The notes under the pieces: model-generated
What the model was told of the DNA's origin: nothing
Databases searched by the model: none
What the model saw: the letters and a program-made list of their open reading frames with translations, nothing else
Shown: positions 24,133 to 37,839 of the stretch, one piece after another
How positions within the stretch are numbered: position 1 is the stretch's first letter
Layout: each line of letters starts with the position of its first letter
Translations under genes and position numbers: made by a program
Source of the DNA: Octopus sinensis
Taxonomy: Eukaryota
Length of the DNA stretch: 64,000 nucleotides
Assembly (NCBI RefSeq): GCF_006345805.1
Contig: NC_043012.1
Span: forward strand, 11,222,001-11,286,000
Direction: 5' to 3'

Positions 24133-25379
24133 ATATATATATATATAAAACTCCAAGAAAGTTAGCGGTTGTGAATCCAACCCACTAAGGGATAATATCT
24201 ATCCAATATGCTGCTGGTAGAAAACCCAATTATTAATACACAAGTGTTTTTTATTGCATTGCAATTACATTACCTAGTGAACTAAATAGGTGAAGGTAAA
24301 GAGATATTTTACCATTAATTTATATCGCAAATTATCCTTATATATTACTATATTTTATATCTTATATCTTATATGCAAAGGATAATATGCTATATGTATG
24401 TTATTATAATTGTCAGTTTAATAAATAAATAAGTTAACATTTTAATGTCCAAAAGTTGATGAACCACGTATTGTTCTCCACCATTTTCTTATTTGCGATA
24501 TATATATATATATATATATATATTTTAACCTTTAAGCCTTCTGTAGTTTTTTTCACTTTTTACTATTTTCTATATATATATATATATATATTGACCACAA
24601 GGGGCTAAACATAAAGGGGACAAACAAAGACAGAGAAAGGGATTAAGTCGATTACATCGACCCCAGTGCGTAACTGGTACTTTATATATATATACATATG
24701 TATGTGTCTGTGTTTGCCTCCCACCATTGGTTGACAACCGATGTTCATGTGTTTACCTCTCTATAACTTAGCGGTTCGGTATAAGAGACCGGTAGAATTA
24801 GTACCAGGCTTAAAGAAAGTAAAAAGTACTGGGATCGATTCGTTCGACCGAAATTCTTCTGGGCGGTGCCCTAGCATGGCTGCAGTGGAATGATGGAGAC
24901 AAGTAAAAAAATCTACAAAAAGTAGTAACAAAAATTATAAATCATGGAATTTTTTTCTGCCGTATCTTGATTTTAAAATAACTTATCGATCTTCATAACA
25001 TTAATTGATTAAGTTAAACATTTTGATTAAGTCTTCGCGGTTGTTCCTTGAGTTTCGTCAGGGAGTAACACTTGTACACATAACGTGACATGGAGAATAC
25101 TATTGATTTTATTGACCTCAAGGGTCCAAGATTTTGGGAACAGTACAAATACGAAATCGAAAAACTGATGGGTTTGGGGGTTACCTGGAGTAAAAGGGGG
25201 TGGGAGGGAGTCAAAATAAGAAACCCAAAAGAAACATAACAAACAAGGAAATTATATATAAATTATATATAGTCGACCTCCGTATTTGATAGATATTCTA
25301 TTTTATCGATCCTGAAAGAATTTAAACCCGGAACGTAAGGAACCCCACGCTGTTTACACATCACCAGTAATAATCACTA

Positions 25380-26015
25380 AAGGCACAAGAGGAATAGTAG
25401 TGTCAACCCCAGTATTTGACTGGTACTTTAATCGACCTTGATAAGAAAGACTGACAATTAACCTCAGCAAGATTCGAACTCCAAACATAACGAGCCCTAA
25501 CTAAATACCACTGTCCACCTTCCTAATAATAATAATAATAATAATAATCCTTTCTCCTTAGTCACAAGGCCTGAAATTTTTGGGGAAGGTACTAGTTGAT
25601 TACCACGACCCCAGTGTTTCCCTGGTACTTGATTTATCGACCTCGAAAGGATGAAAGGCAAAGTCAACCTCGGCGGAATTTGAACTCAGAACATAGCGAG
25701 AGGCGAAATACCGATTAGGATTTCGTCCAGCGTGCTAACGATTCTGCTAGCTCACAACTTCCTAAAGACCACTGTCCACCTTTCTAATAATAATAATAAA
25801 CCTTTCTACAACAAGCACATGACCTGAAATTTTAGAAGGTGGGGCTATTCGATTACATCAACCCATAGCATTTGACTGTTACGTATTTCATTGACTCCGA
25901 AAGGATGAAATGCAAAGTCGATCTCAGCGGAATTTGAACTCAGATCAGTGACAAGAAGAAATACCATTAAACATTTTATATCCTGTGCGTTAATGATTCT
26001 GCCTTCACGCTACCT
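25380..26015 (-). mobile_element. Cluster of diverged SINE family B copies
   Basis: Three reverse-complement cores separated by (TAA)n. Confidence 0.75.
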
Positions 26016-26032
26016 TAATAATGATAAAAATT

Positions 26033-26182
26033 AGGCGCAGGTGAGTTACTTGCTTACCAACTACATGGTTCTGGGTTCAGTCCCACTGCGTGACATCTTG
26101 GGCAAATGTCTTCTACTATAGCCTCGGGTTGACCAAAGCCTTGTGAGTGGATTGGGTGGACGGAAACTGAAAGAGGCTTGTC

Positions 26183-26218
<36 letters not shown>

Positions 26219-26425
26219 TTGTCCCCCCCCCCCCCCCAACATCGCCTGACCACCGGTGCTGGTGTGTTTACGTCCCCGTAACCTAGCAGTTCAGCAAAAG
26301 GGACCGATAGAATATACTTACTAGGCTTACAAAGAATAAGTCCTGATGTGGATTTGCTTGACTTAAAGGCGGTGCTCCAGCATGGCTGCAGTCAGATGAC
26401 TGAAACAAGTAAAAGAATAAAAGAA
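26033..26425 (+). mobile_element. SINE family A, full length
   Basis: Complete head, body and tail. Confidence 0.88.
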
Positions 26426-27770
26426 TTTCCTTTATTTCCCACGAGGGAGTATGAAGAGTTACTTGGCAGGACTAAATATATAACGGTGAGATCGGCACAG
26501 ACTCGATTATATTGATAGAAATATAAGACGTGAAAAACAATATATAAAGGATACAACGTGTTTCTGTATTACAACCCCTGGAGGTCGATGATCGAATCCT
26601 ATAGTTCCAGAGCTATTGATTATGTGGGACACGTAACCCCTACGACTTTGATATGTTCTCCGACCTACAACCCCAAACTGAGTGTGCGCTTATTCACTCA
26701 AGCTTTCTTCGCTACTCTCCCTTAACTTTTCACCAAATTCTCCGGAGAAGGGGCCAATACCTTCCTCTTTAACCTCAACTTCCTCTCCGAATGCAACGTC
26801 TAATATGAACCCCAGTTCCCATATTTGATGGGGAGAGGACAATAAATGCCGACAAAGACCCTTGTTCATGACTCATTCCAGAAGCAGGGGTACATGTTTA
26901 GAGGGCACCACGTCATATGTATGAGATGGTCGAAATATAAGGGTAAGATGACAATAGAATATACTTTGTTTAATAATTTTTGATAGGCATTTTATCATTA
27001 CATTTATAGATTTAACTTAAGAGTGAAAATTTAAAAAGGAAATGTAAGGCATCTGAAATTTGTCTTCGTGGGGTTGGGGGCACCAGTAATAAAATAAATA
27101 CCAGTTATATGCGGCAGTAGTTTAAATTGACCCTACAATGAAACCCTCCCAGTTTCCTTTATGGAAAACAAAGCAGAAATGTGTCTTGTCATGAGCAAAC
27201 TGGCCGAATAAATAATTTATCAAACTACATAGTGACGGCCCCGTGGTTGAAACCAGCTACAGGACTTTCGCTGAACTTTTGGGGCTGGGGACGCGCGCGC
27301 ACACACACACACACGCCGTTGACTTTCCTGAGCTGACCGCTCCTTCACGGGTTTCGTTTTTCATCCCGTTGAGTGTTCAAAGACCACCCTACTCATTAGA
27401 CAGGTCAATGGCTCAATTATGCAACAGATTACGTTTCCAGTACCGCTCAAGTGCGACTGACATGATACACACACACACACAAACATTTATAAATTTATAT
27501 ACATTTAGGACCTTCCTAAATTTATACCCGGGTAGAATCCTTGCTGTTTCTAGCCCAGCTGGATCAGCGTCACCGTTGGCTAAACTGACACATACGTGAG
27601 TGACAATCTCTGTCGCATGCAGCACATTCGTATACGGTCTTCTTAGGTCTGTAGGAGTTACGGCGTTCCTTTTTGCAGCTGTGCTCATTAATCTCTTTCC
27701 TCCATGACTTAAAGATGTTTATTCAGTGTGCTTCTCCATGTTGGAGGATATATATATATATATACATACA

Positions 27771-27930
27771 TGAGTGGCTGTGTGGTAAGTAACTTGCTTA
27801 CCAGCCACATGGTCCCGGGTTCAGTCCCACTGCGTGGCACCTTGGGCAAGTGTCTTCTGCTATAGACTCGAGCCGACCAAGGCCTTGTGAGTGGATTTGG
27901 TAGACGGAAACTGGAAGAAGCCTGTCGTAC
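27771..27930 (+). mobile_element. SINE family A, 5' half
   Basis: Head and body to the microsatellite. Confidence 0.85.
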
Positions 27931-28339
27931 ACACATATATATATATATATGTATGCATTCTCATGCATATAGTTGTCTATGTATGTATGTATGTACGTAT
28001 AAATGAATGTATGTGTACGTATGCGTTTATATCTGTGTGTGTGTGTGTGCCTGTATAGATACATATGTCTGTGTGTGGTAGTGGATTCTGTCGTTCAGCT
28101 ATGAGGCTTCAATCAACGGAATTACCTGTTCTCAATTAGGTTCGGGGTACCTAATTCTGGGTAGTACTGAACGTAATTCTCATGTAGAATCAGCGTACCA
28201 CAGTGTGCGACAAGGTTGTAGAAACCATCCCAAAAGCTTCCATACAGTTTCCGTCTTTCCAATTTCGTTCAAAAGGCATGGATCGCTCTGAGTCCATAGG
28301 AAACGATATTTCACCAAGGTGTCACGCACTAGAATCGAG

Positions 28340-28378
<39 letters not shown>

Positions 28379-28410
28379 GTCTGTCTGTCTGTACATACAT
28401 ACAATTATAC

Positions 28411-28462
<52 letters not shown>

Positions 28463-28464
<2 letters not shown>

Positions 28465-28900
28465 CGTAGGCGTGGCTGTGTAGTAAGAAGCTTGCTTCCC
28501 AACCACATGATTTCGGGTTCAATCCCGCTGCATGGCACCTCGGGTAAGTGTTTCCTACTATAGCCTTTGGCCGACCAAAGCCTTATGAGTGGATCTGATA
28601 GACGGAAACTGGAAGAACCCTGTCGTATGTTGTATGTATGTATGTATGTATATATAAATATATATATATTATATATAATGTGTGTGTGTGTGTCTGTGTG
28701 TAACTGTGTTTGTCCCACCACAATCACTTGACAACCGATGTTGGTATGTTTACGTCCCTGTAACGTAGCGGTTCGGCAAAAAGACCGATACAATAAATAC
28801 TAGGCTTACAAAGAATGTCTTGGGGTTGATTTCTTCGACTAAAAGCACTTTAAGACACTGCCCCAGCATGGCCGTAGTGAAATGACTGAAATATGTGAAA
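28463..28900 (+). mobile_element. SINE family A, full length, diverged
   Basis: Head, body and tail recognisable. Confidence 0.85.
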
Positions 28901-29053
28901 ATATATATATATATAATATATATTATATATATATATATTATATACATACATATATAGGCTTGCTCGTCCAACTAGCGGGGTAGTATCATTCGAAAGCTAA
29001 AACGATGCAATGTGCATTGTGACTAGCGGTATATAACATCCATAGTCTTGTCG

Positions 29054-29097
<44 letters not shown>

Positions 29098-30361
29098 TAT
29101 ATATATAATCGCTTCGACACAGCGATACTAATAACCAGTCGTTACCAATGAGTTTATATATGCTTTAAAATAAAGCGTTAGATGACGGCAAGGTGTGATA
29201 CAAATTATGGAATGACGCTTTCCTAAATAAGCAGACATTTCGTTTTAATGGTTTCGTTTCTGAGCGCACTGCTTTTTTTTATAGCGGAAACAGCTGTAAG
29301 CTAATGAAGTTGATTATGTAATTTTTGTTCCTTAGTCATCCAATTATATTTATATTATACGCAGACAAATATAAACACGAGATTTTCACAACAGGAACAT
29401 ATGTGATCCTCGGTCTGAGTACCCGGTGAGCACTGATCTAAGAGAGTGGGTGGGTGAGGACTATGTCGGCACGAACGACAGCAACAATCATAATAACAAC
29501 CTGCTCTTGTTCTTTACATCAATAAATATTTAATTTTAATACAAATAGTTTTTGTTGCAATAATTGTTAGTTTTCTCATATAAATATTATTTTTACTTTG
29601 TGGTGCTCCGAGTTTAAAGGGGAAAAAATGGGTAGAGCGGGTGGAGGGATAAATAAAAACGAAGTAAAAACAAGCGGCAACAGAAGAACATGAAAGTTTG
29701 TTGTGCTACAATAGAATGTTTAACATATACTTATTAAGGTTTTAGGTAAGGAATTGAAAGAGAAAGAAAAAAAAAACAATATTATTTCGACTTTTCTCAC
29801 GTTAACTTTCTCAGCCATACAACTCAAAGAAACTGGTTTTTTTCAAAGTTTCTTACAATTTATGCACACACACACACACACGTGTTATGTGTTTGTGTTT
29901 ATGGGAGTGTATGAATTGTGCCTATATGTGCGTGCTCGTGTACGTACATCTTTTTTCTATACAATGATGTAAAAAAAATGCCGTGTGAATTGTATGAGTT
30001 TGCACCTTTTGGTTTCTTCGTACTTACGTACGATACAATATGAAATACATAAGTACACACACACAACACACACACACATACACACATACACACATACACA
30101 TAAACAAATAAACAATGGTATTGTTGATTCCACATTTATTCAGCAGTTTACAACTGTTTCAACATTGTGCAAGTAAAAAATGATACCAGTTGGGAAACAT
30201 CGAATGACATAGTCTTCGGTTATCGAATGAAAGACCCATAATCATTTAGACATGTGAACACACACACACACTGTGAAGGTGACCGTGCTTTACCAGTAAA
30301 CTACCAGGTATAAACCATTCATTTTATTATCTAATATATATATATATATATATATATATGT

Positions 30362-30565
30362 TGATTCGCTAGCCTCTGCACGCATTTTTTTCTCTCCTTG
30401 TTTCTTTCTGTGTTTCTCTTCTGTGTATCTTTATGTTGAAGAGCGTAGGCTCGAAACGTAAAAGACTTGTTTTATTTATATTCCTGAGCGCCATACTAAT
30501 ACAATTGTTTGTTTGTATTCCACCTGCCTTCGTCTTTTGTTTATTTTCATAAAGCTTCCCGTATA
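30362..30565 (+). mobile_element. Penelope-like terminal-repeat element, family 2
   Basis: (TA)n on both sides; homologous to 34085-34275 (-) and 63112-63255 (+). Confidence 0.6.
30428..30465 (+). ncRNA. Hammerhead-like motif (family 2, mutated core ATGTTGA)
   Basis: TCTTT-ATGTTGA-A-GAGC(GTAG)GCTC-GAAA-CGT-A-AAAGA. Confidence 0.4.
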
Positions 30566-30934
30566 TATATATATATATAAAGTGTCTTGCTCTTGGACAA
30601 AACGCCTCGCCGGGAACTGAACTCACGACCTTACGATTGTGAGCCGAATGCCCTAACCACTAAGCCATGTGCCTTCAAGTTGCCCCAATCCACTCAGGTG
30701 GCAAAAATGTTTAGTACCTGTATTTCAAAGAGCCTGTCTTGTCACAATCTGTGTCACGCTGAATCTCCCTGAGAACTATGTTAAGGATACACGTGTCTGT
30801 GGAGTACTCAGCCAGTTGCACTGGTGAAGAATTCCAAGCAATCTTTCGGTTGGGTCCAAGGTTATGGTTCATCACAATTCTATATTGTATATCCGTAAAA
30901 ACCAGTTTATATATATATATATATATATATATGT

Positions 30935-31245
30935 ACTCCGTCGGTTACGGCGATGGGTGCTCCAGGTGATCCATCCGATCGACGGAACAGTCTGCTCGTG
31001 ATATTAACGTGCAAGTTCCTGAGCACCCTACTGATAAGCATACTCTTAACGTAATTCTTGGTGAGGCTCATAGAATGTGACAAGGCTGGCCCCTTTGAAT
31101 TACAGGTACACATCAGTTTTGCCAGCTGCGTGAACTGGAACAATGTGAAATAAAATATCTTATTTAATAGACACAACGTACCGCCAGGAATCGAACTCGC
31201 AACGATACGATCATGAACCGGCTATCCTAACCACTAAGCAACGCA
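30935..31245 (-). mobile_element. SINE family E, diverged
   Basis: Reverse complement of 16510-16830. Confidence 0.75.
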
Positions 31246-31267
31246 CCTTCGTTCTCTCTCTTTCCCT

Positions 31268-31482
31268 CCATCTGATCGCGTGTGTATCGTTGGCGATTTT
31301 CTTTCTCCGTCTTCCCTTCCTTGGACCTTTCCTTTTTCTATATTTCTGACGAAGAGCTCCGCTCGAAACGTTGAATACTCCTACTTTCTTTCCTTTCCTG
31401 AGCGTCCAATAACAATAACACTATACTCATTCCACGTCCTCGCGTTGTTGTGTTTTCTCTTTGTTCATGTTTGGATCAACTA
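31268..31482 (+). mobile_element. Penelope-like element, family 1
   Basis: Third clear copy; ends at (TA)n. Confidence 0.6.
31341..31377 (+). ncRNA. Minimal type I hammerhead ribozyme (family 1, intact core)
   Basis: TATTT-CTGACGA-A-GAGC(TCC)GCTC-GAAA-CGT-T-GAATA; 5-bp stem I with a sequence different from the other copies but still paired. Confidence 0.65.
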
Positions 31483-31661
31483 TATATATATATATTAGAA
31501 GAAATGAGGTAATCAGAAGATCGGATGGTTTATATTTACAGATATTTATTTATATATTACATTTTTTATATATATATATCATATCACTTAGATCATTAGC
31601 GCTTTCTCCCATTCTAGTGGGGTTTTCAAATCATAATACCTGTACATCATCTCCAAACCTT

Positions 31662-31695
<34 letters not shown>

Positions 31696-32305
31696 CATAA
31701 ACAGAAAATTCCTTGCTTATTCCTCATCAGCCAATGTCCAAAAGATCGTTACAATTTTGCGCCTTTGACGTTGTGTGAGTATGTGTGAAAATGTATGTAT
31801 ATATATACAATTGAAACAACGAACTGAAGACCGAGATCTTTTTTTTAGTCTGTTGCGACTTGGCTCTGCAACTTTCATCAAGTGTCTTGCTGGATATTAT
31901 CGCGACATTGTCTGTGGTTGGCGCTGTAACAGGATTCTGGAGAGGTTTGTGCAAAACAAAAGAAGTCGTCCACGCTTAACCTTATTTATCTCTTATTATT
32001 AAATCCTCTGTATTTTCCTCGGTATTTCTGACCACGAGGTATCCCTGGTCGATCAATCATTTACTTTCGATGAGGAAAATCGATGTAGATGTTCATCTGA
32101 TGCCCTTTCGAATCTCCCATCCTCACAACTAGAAATACACCCTATCTCCACACACACACAGACACACACACACACAGACACACACACAACACACAGACAC
32201 CACACACACAGGACACCACACACACAACAGACACACACACACAGACACACAACACACAGACACACACACACAGACACACAGACACACACACCAACACCAC
32301 ACACA

Positions 32306-32350
<45 letters not shown>

Positions 32351-32890
32351 CATACAACTGAAAATTATATAAATGAAATTATGTGATGTTTTTCACTAGC
32401 TCATAACTCTTTCCGCTATAAGATGCAATGTACTCGTAGTAAAGTGCTAGTGTATAACTTTATAGCTTCGATGAAGCTCCGGCGAAGCTACAGGGTAAAA
32501 ATAAAGCGCTCAGCTAAGAGAACATTGCCTCTTATAGCAGAAACAGCTGCAAGCTGATGAAGGTCATTACGTAATTTCTGTTATTTATATAATCCCTTAT
32601 TACTCTCTGCACTCAATGCTTTTTTCCTGAAGCATACGTATACTGGATTCCAGCATCCGCTTATTAGTATCGCTAGGCTTAAGCGAAATATTAAAGAAAT
32701 ATAGATATATAATATATTTATAGGTCTAGTGTATAATGGGCATATACATTATATGTATAATTTATGCAGGTAATATATATATATATATGTTTTATATATA
32801 TGTGTGTTTGTGTGTATGTATGTATGTATATATAATATATAGATGATATTTAATGTATACATATAAAAATATTATATATACATATATGAT

Positions 32891-32934
<44 letters not shown>

Positions 32935-33096
32935 TATGTATTTACGCATATATAATATAATAGACATATGTAATATATGCATGTATACTTAATATATATA
33001 ATATTATATATTATTATTATTATTATGTATGTATGTGTGTGTGTGTATGTGTGTGTATGTATGTATGTATGTATGTGTGTGTGTGTGTGTGTATGT

Positions 33097-33136
<40 letters not shown>

Positions 33137-33338
33137 ATGTATGTGTGTGTGTATGTATGTATATAGTTGAAATTTACAGAAAAGCAAAAGGCGAAGACAG
33201 GTGTATGAACAACAAGCAGGTGTTTTAGTTTGACGCTCGGGAGGAGGTTTCAAGTAAGAAAAGTGTAGCAAAGTTGACAGAGGTGCTCCAGCGTGGTCAC
33301 AGCTCTCGTACTGAAACTAGTAAAAGAATATTATGTTG

Positions 33339-33371
<33 letters not shown>

Positions 33372-33435
33372 GTATATAGTATGTGTGTTGTGTGTGTGTA
33401 TGTATGCATAATGTGCGTGTATATATAATGTCTGT

Positions 33436-33469
<34 letters not shown>

Positions 33470-33471
<2 letters not shown>

Positions 33472-33815
33472 CATTACAATGCATACGGAGATTAACATGT
33501 CTGCACATTTTTTTTATTACAGTCAATTTTACAGTACATTTGTTTTAATCTTTTCCGATGTACATTTCCGCTGCATAGGAAACTAGCAATCGCATTTGCA
33601 TCCAGTTATTTTCTACCGGTTAGCATTGTATGCAACTTAATTGAAGGATAAGAATACTAATCAGTAGGAAATAACTGGATGCAAATGTAATTCCTAGTTT
33701 TCTATGCAGCAGAAACGTACGTCGGACAAAATTAAACCAAATATGCTGTTAAATTGACCGTAATAATAATAAAAAAAAATGTGCAGATTATTATCTCCGT
33801 ATTCGTTGTAATGGT
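33470..33815. mobile_element. Foldback element / long-TIR MITE
   Basis: About 150-bp imperfect inverted arms (33470-33616 and 33664-33815) around a 47-nt spacer. Confidence 0.75.
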
Positions 33816-34084
33816 TTGGGATATAATCTCAGAGCGAAGCGAACTCCGGATTTACCTATCAGAAGAATTACAGTAGGATTACTCACCCTAAGTAATCCCA
33901 AGTTATGGCTAACCGCATCAAATGGTTAGGCACAGCATTAGCACTATTCGAGGTTAAACAAACCCCAGTATATTTCACTTCAATGAATTATAAACATTTT
34001 AATGAGTGTATATCCAAGACGCAATAATAAAAATTGTGTAGATGTATTATTCTCCTTATTCATTGAATTGTCTTTATATATATA

Positions 34085-34275
34085 GGGAGAGTTTAAGAAA
34101 AAAACAAAAGACGAAGGCAGGTGGTGTACAAAACAAAGAGATGTATTAGTATAACGCTCAGGATTAGAAAAAGTCTTTTACGTTTCGAGCCTACGCTCTT
34201 CTACAGAAAGGGACACAGAAAAAAACAAAAACAAGGAAAGAAAAAATGTGTGTAGTGGCTAACGATCTATCATGG
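34085..34275 (-). mobile_element. Penelope-like element, family 2
   Basis: Reverse complement of 30362-30565; TA-flanked. Confidence 0.6.
34175..34210 (-). ncRNA. Hammerhead-like motif (family 2, core CUGUAGA)
   Basis: On the - strand CTTT-CTGTAGA-A-GAGC(GTAG)GCTC-GAAA-CGT-A-AAAG. Confidence 0.5.
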
Positions 34276-34489
34276 CGACTGATATATATAGGATAAAATT
34301 TTTTCTTTCGAAAACAAATTTTATCAATGGCCAGCATATCAAAAAATACCTTTAAAGGTTAAATTTATAAATAACTTATGCGTCGAGACGCATAAATTAT
34401 AATGGTTATTGACAATTTTGTCTTTTTGTCGGCATATTTGGCATTAGAATTTTTCTTTTGCCCTTATTTTATAAGTTATATATATGTGT

Positions 34490-34745
34490 TGTGTTCTTGA
34501 GCAAAACACTTTATTTCACGTTGCTCCAGTTCACTCAGCTGTGAAATGAGTTGCGACGTCACTGGTTTCTCAAGCTGTATCGACCTTTGTCTTTCCTTGG
34601 ATAACACTGGTGGCGTGGAGAGGGAGGCTGGTATGCATGGGCGACTGCTGGTCTTCCATAAACAACTTTGCCCGGACTTGTGTCTAGGAGGGTAACTTTC
34701 TAGGTGCAATCCCATGGTCATTCATGACCGAAGGGGGTCTTTACC
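34490..34745 (-). mobile_element. SINE sharing the family E body but with a different tail
   Basis: CTTGAGCAAAACACTTTATTTCACGTTGCTCCAG as in family E, continuing into unrelated sequence ending GGGGGTCTTTAC; orientation uncertain. Confidence 0.5.
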
Positions 34746-35459
34746 CCTTTATATATATATGCGTGTGATATGTATATGTTTGTGGTGATGGTTAGTAGTA
34801 TGTGTATTATTGTATTGCTTAACGTTCTCTCTGATAGATAAGACATATGATCAAAGCTACTCCAACCGTGGCAATCTCGACGTCTTACGTTTTTAATTAC
34901 ACTGTTAACTCCAATGTGTTACATGTAATTTCAGGGCTTTTAACTGTTATTTCCAGCAACTCGTACGATAGACTTTAAAATAAATCACTTGTTGGCTCTC
35001 ACGCGCGTGTGTGTGTGCGTATGTGTGTGTGTGTGTGTGTGTATGAGAGATTTTGTGCTGTGAATTTGCGTGTGAAACAGGTGTGTGAGGGTTTGTAGGT
35101 GGGGAGATGCTCAGACAGGTTTATTGATCAAGAATATTTAAATATATTAACTTACTTAATTAATTAATTTTCAAATGTATAATTAATTTTCCTCCTTGTA
35201 CTTCACATCCCACCCACCCAAATCACCTGTGCTTTGTGTACACTCGAGTTGTTGTTTAGTTTTAGGTCAGTGTTTACAGAAGGCACTGAGATCAGTGACA
35301 TACCAGACGTGACCATCTCGTCTTTTTTTAGATATACAGGCAGCCCAGAACCCATCATTCACTGTGTTATTCGGGAGAGATTTGATTGCTATTTCTAACA
35401 GTGAATTCAGCCAAATAAGGGTTCATTTGTTGGCCTGCACATTTGCTCATAAACGCGTG

Positions 35460-35528
35460 TATGTATGTATGTATGTATGTATGTATGTATGTATGTATGT
35501 ATGTATGTATGTATGTATGTATGTATGT

Positions 35529-35580
<52 letters not shown>
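35460..35580. repeat. (TATG)n + (TG)n microsatellite
   Basis: Direct reading. Confidence 0.95.
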
Positions 35581-35581
<1 letters not shown>

Positions 35582-36100
35582 TTGCGTGCGCGCACGCGCG
35601 CGCGTATATATGACTGTGTGTATGAGATTGTAAACGCTTTTAGTGATATATGTACACACACGTGTGTGTGTGTGTGTGTGTGCAGTTGTAAATGCGTATA
35701 GTGTTTATGATTATATATACACCCATTCATACATGTATGTATGTGGGTGTATGAAAAATTAGCAAATACGTAATATTTTAGTATTTTTATTTTATCTTCA
35801 TGATGTGGTTTGGATAGGTTAATATAAATTTGGAGGTGTTTTGTTTCTACGTAATTAATTTGTTATTCATCTTGTATAGCCCTAGGTGAGTCAAAATCCA
35901 ACTGACGTATGACCAAAAGTCTTACAACTATCACTGCTATTCCATATTTGAATCTTGGACCTCATTCTCCCGTGTCTTTCAGTTTTCAAGGCAATAAGAT
36001 ATGATTTGAAAGAGATTTTATTACTATTTCTAGCTGGTCGACCAACCATTAGTCGCCTTCGACGCTAACCGATGTCCGGTAAACTTATTTTCAGGCAACC

Positions 36101-36244
36101 TCGTGGCCTGGTCGCGTCGTGGCTTGGTCGCGTCGTCGCCTGGTTGTGTCGTGGCTTGGTCGCGTCGTCGCCTGGCTGCTTCGTCGCATGGTAGTTTCGT
36201 CGCCTGGTTGCTCTGTCGCCCGATTGTTTCGTAGCGAGGTAGTT
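36101..36244. repeat. CpG-rich 16-bp tandem repeat, 9 units
   Basis: Consensus TCGTCGCCTGGTYGYK, in exact 16-bp register from 36101 to 36244. Confidence 0.9.
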
Positions 36245-37119
36245 TTCACTTCAAGGAAACTTTCATAGTGAGCCTATTACTTTATTCGCTAAATTTATCG
36301 TTTCACTTTTCGATTAACATTTAACGTTTTTATTGGCAGAGTAAACAGATCACATTTCTTTAAAAATAAGAAAAGGATTCGAAGAGGAGAAAAATATTTA
36401 AATTTTCTCAAAATATATACACACACAAAAAAAAAACAAAAAAAAAACGCAAATATAAAGTCACTTTCAAGTTTAGAATCCCAAAATAAGCGGCAAAAAG
36501 ATAACGTTATTTGAAAATGGCGGAAGGAAGACACATTTTCAAGGGCCAACTCTAAAAGCAATGCCTTAATCTGGTATTCTGTCTCTTTGATCATATTCAG
36601 AGACATATGGAATTCTTGAGACGTTTTTTCTCCCTCCTCTTATTATTTTTTTTGTCATGTAGATTTTCTGTAACCTCTTTTATTGTTTCTTTTTAATTGT
36701 TCCTTGTTTGGGGATTCTTTTCAAAAAATTTCCAAGGTGAAGGATGCAACGTAGTTAACTCTGAATAAAATCTACGGATAGAAAGCATGGCGATGAATTC
36801 AGCGATGTTGTATGTAACACTACGAGGATTTTAGTATTAGTGGAGCTAACGATATTCTTTTCTATTCTAGGCACAAGGCCCGAAATTTTAGGGGACGGGG
36901 GGTGGGCAGTCGATTAGATCGATCCCAGGACGCAACTGGTACTTAATTTATCGACCCCGAAAGGATGAAGGGCAAAGTCGACCTCGGCGGAATTTGAAAC
37001 CATGCCAACGATATTATACGTAACATGATGAGGTTGCAATAACAGGAGATATTCATATGGATCAGACAATGTTATTGCAACCTCATCAGACAATCTAATC
37101 ATGACCATCCTGCCTGTGT

Positions 37120-37161
<42 letters not shown>

Positions 37162-37163
<2 letters not shown>

Positions 37164-37400
37164 GTGTGTGTGTGTTTGTGTATATAAGTATGTGTGTGTG
37201 TGTTTGTGTATATAAGTATATGTGTTTGTGTATATAAGTATGTGTGTGTGTGTGTGTTTGTGTATATAAGTATATGTGTGTGTGTGTGTGTGTGTGTGTT
37301 TGTGTATATAAGTATATGTGTGTGTGTGTGTGTGTGTGTTTGTGTATATAAGTATTTGTGTGTGTGTGTGTGTGTGTTTGTGTATATAAGTATTTGTGTG
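37162..37400. repeat. Minisatellite (TG)n-TTTGTGTATATAAGTA, about 7 units
   Basis: Direct reading. Confidence 0.85.
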
Positions 37401-37689
37401 CATGTGTATATGTGCGTGTATGTATAACTATTTATATGAGTGCGTGTATATACGTGTGTGTGTGTGCATATGTATAGTTTATATCAGACTTACATTATTT
37501 GAGATCGTCTTCCTTATAATAAAAAAAAGGACGGTGTGGAGTAGTTTGAGAGAAATTTGGCTTCTACTTTTAGCAGGTCAGATAGTCACAAAGGGTCTTT
37601 CTCTAAGCTAACCACTCTCAACATCTGTTGAGCTCCTAGTCAATCCTGATGGAACAGACCTATGATCAAAAATATTCCAGCCGTGATGA

Positions 37690-37839
37690 AGTTGTCAGGG
37701 AATGATTTTAGGGTGATTTACGTACTAATTCTAATAAATCAAGCAACTTCAGAAATGATTGTGCAAATGCATGAATCAAAGGCTTGATTTACTAGAATTA
37801 GTACGTAAATCACCCTAAAATCACTCCCTGACAACTGTA
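37690..37839. mobile_element. Tc1/pogo-type MITE (55-bp TIRs)
   Basis: Arms 37690-37744 and 37782-37836 match at 53/55; right end CAACTG|TA, left end eroded. Confidence 0.75.

Noticed and set aside
26430-26960. Possible solo LTR
   Set aside because: No clear TG..CA ends, TSD, PBS or second copy.
36101-36244. CRISPR-like array
   Set aside because: Contiguous 16-bp tandem units with no spacers, in eukaryotic context.
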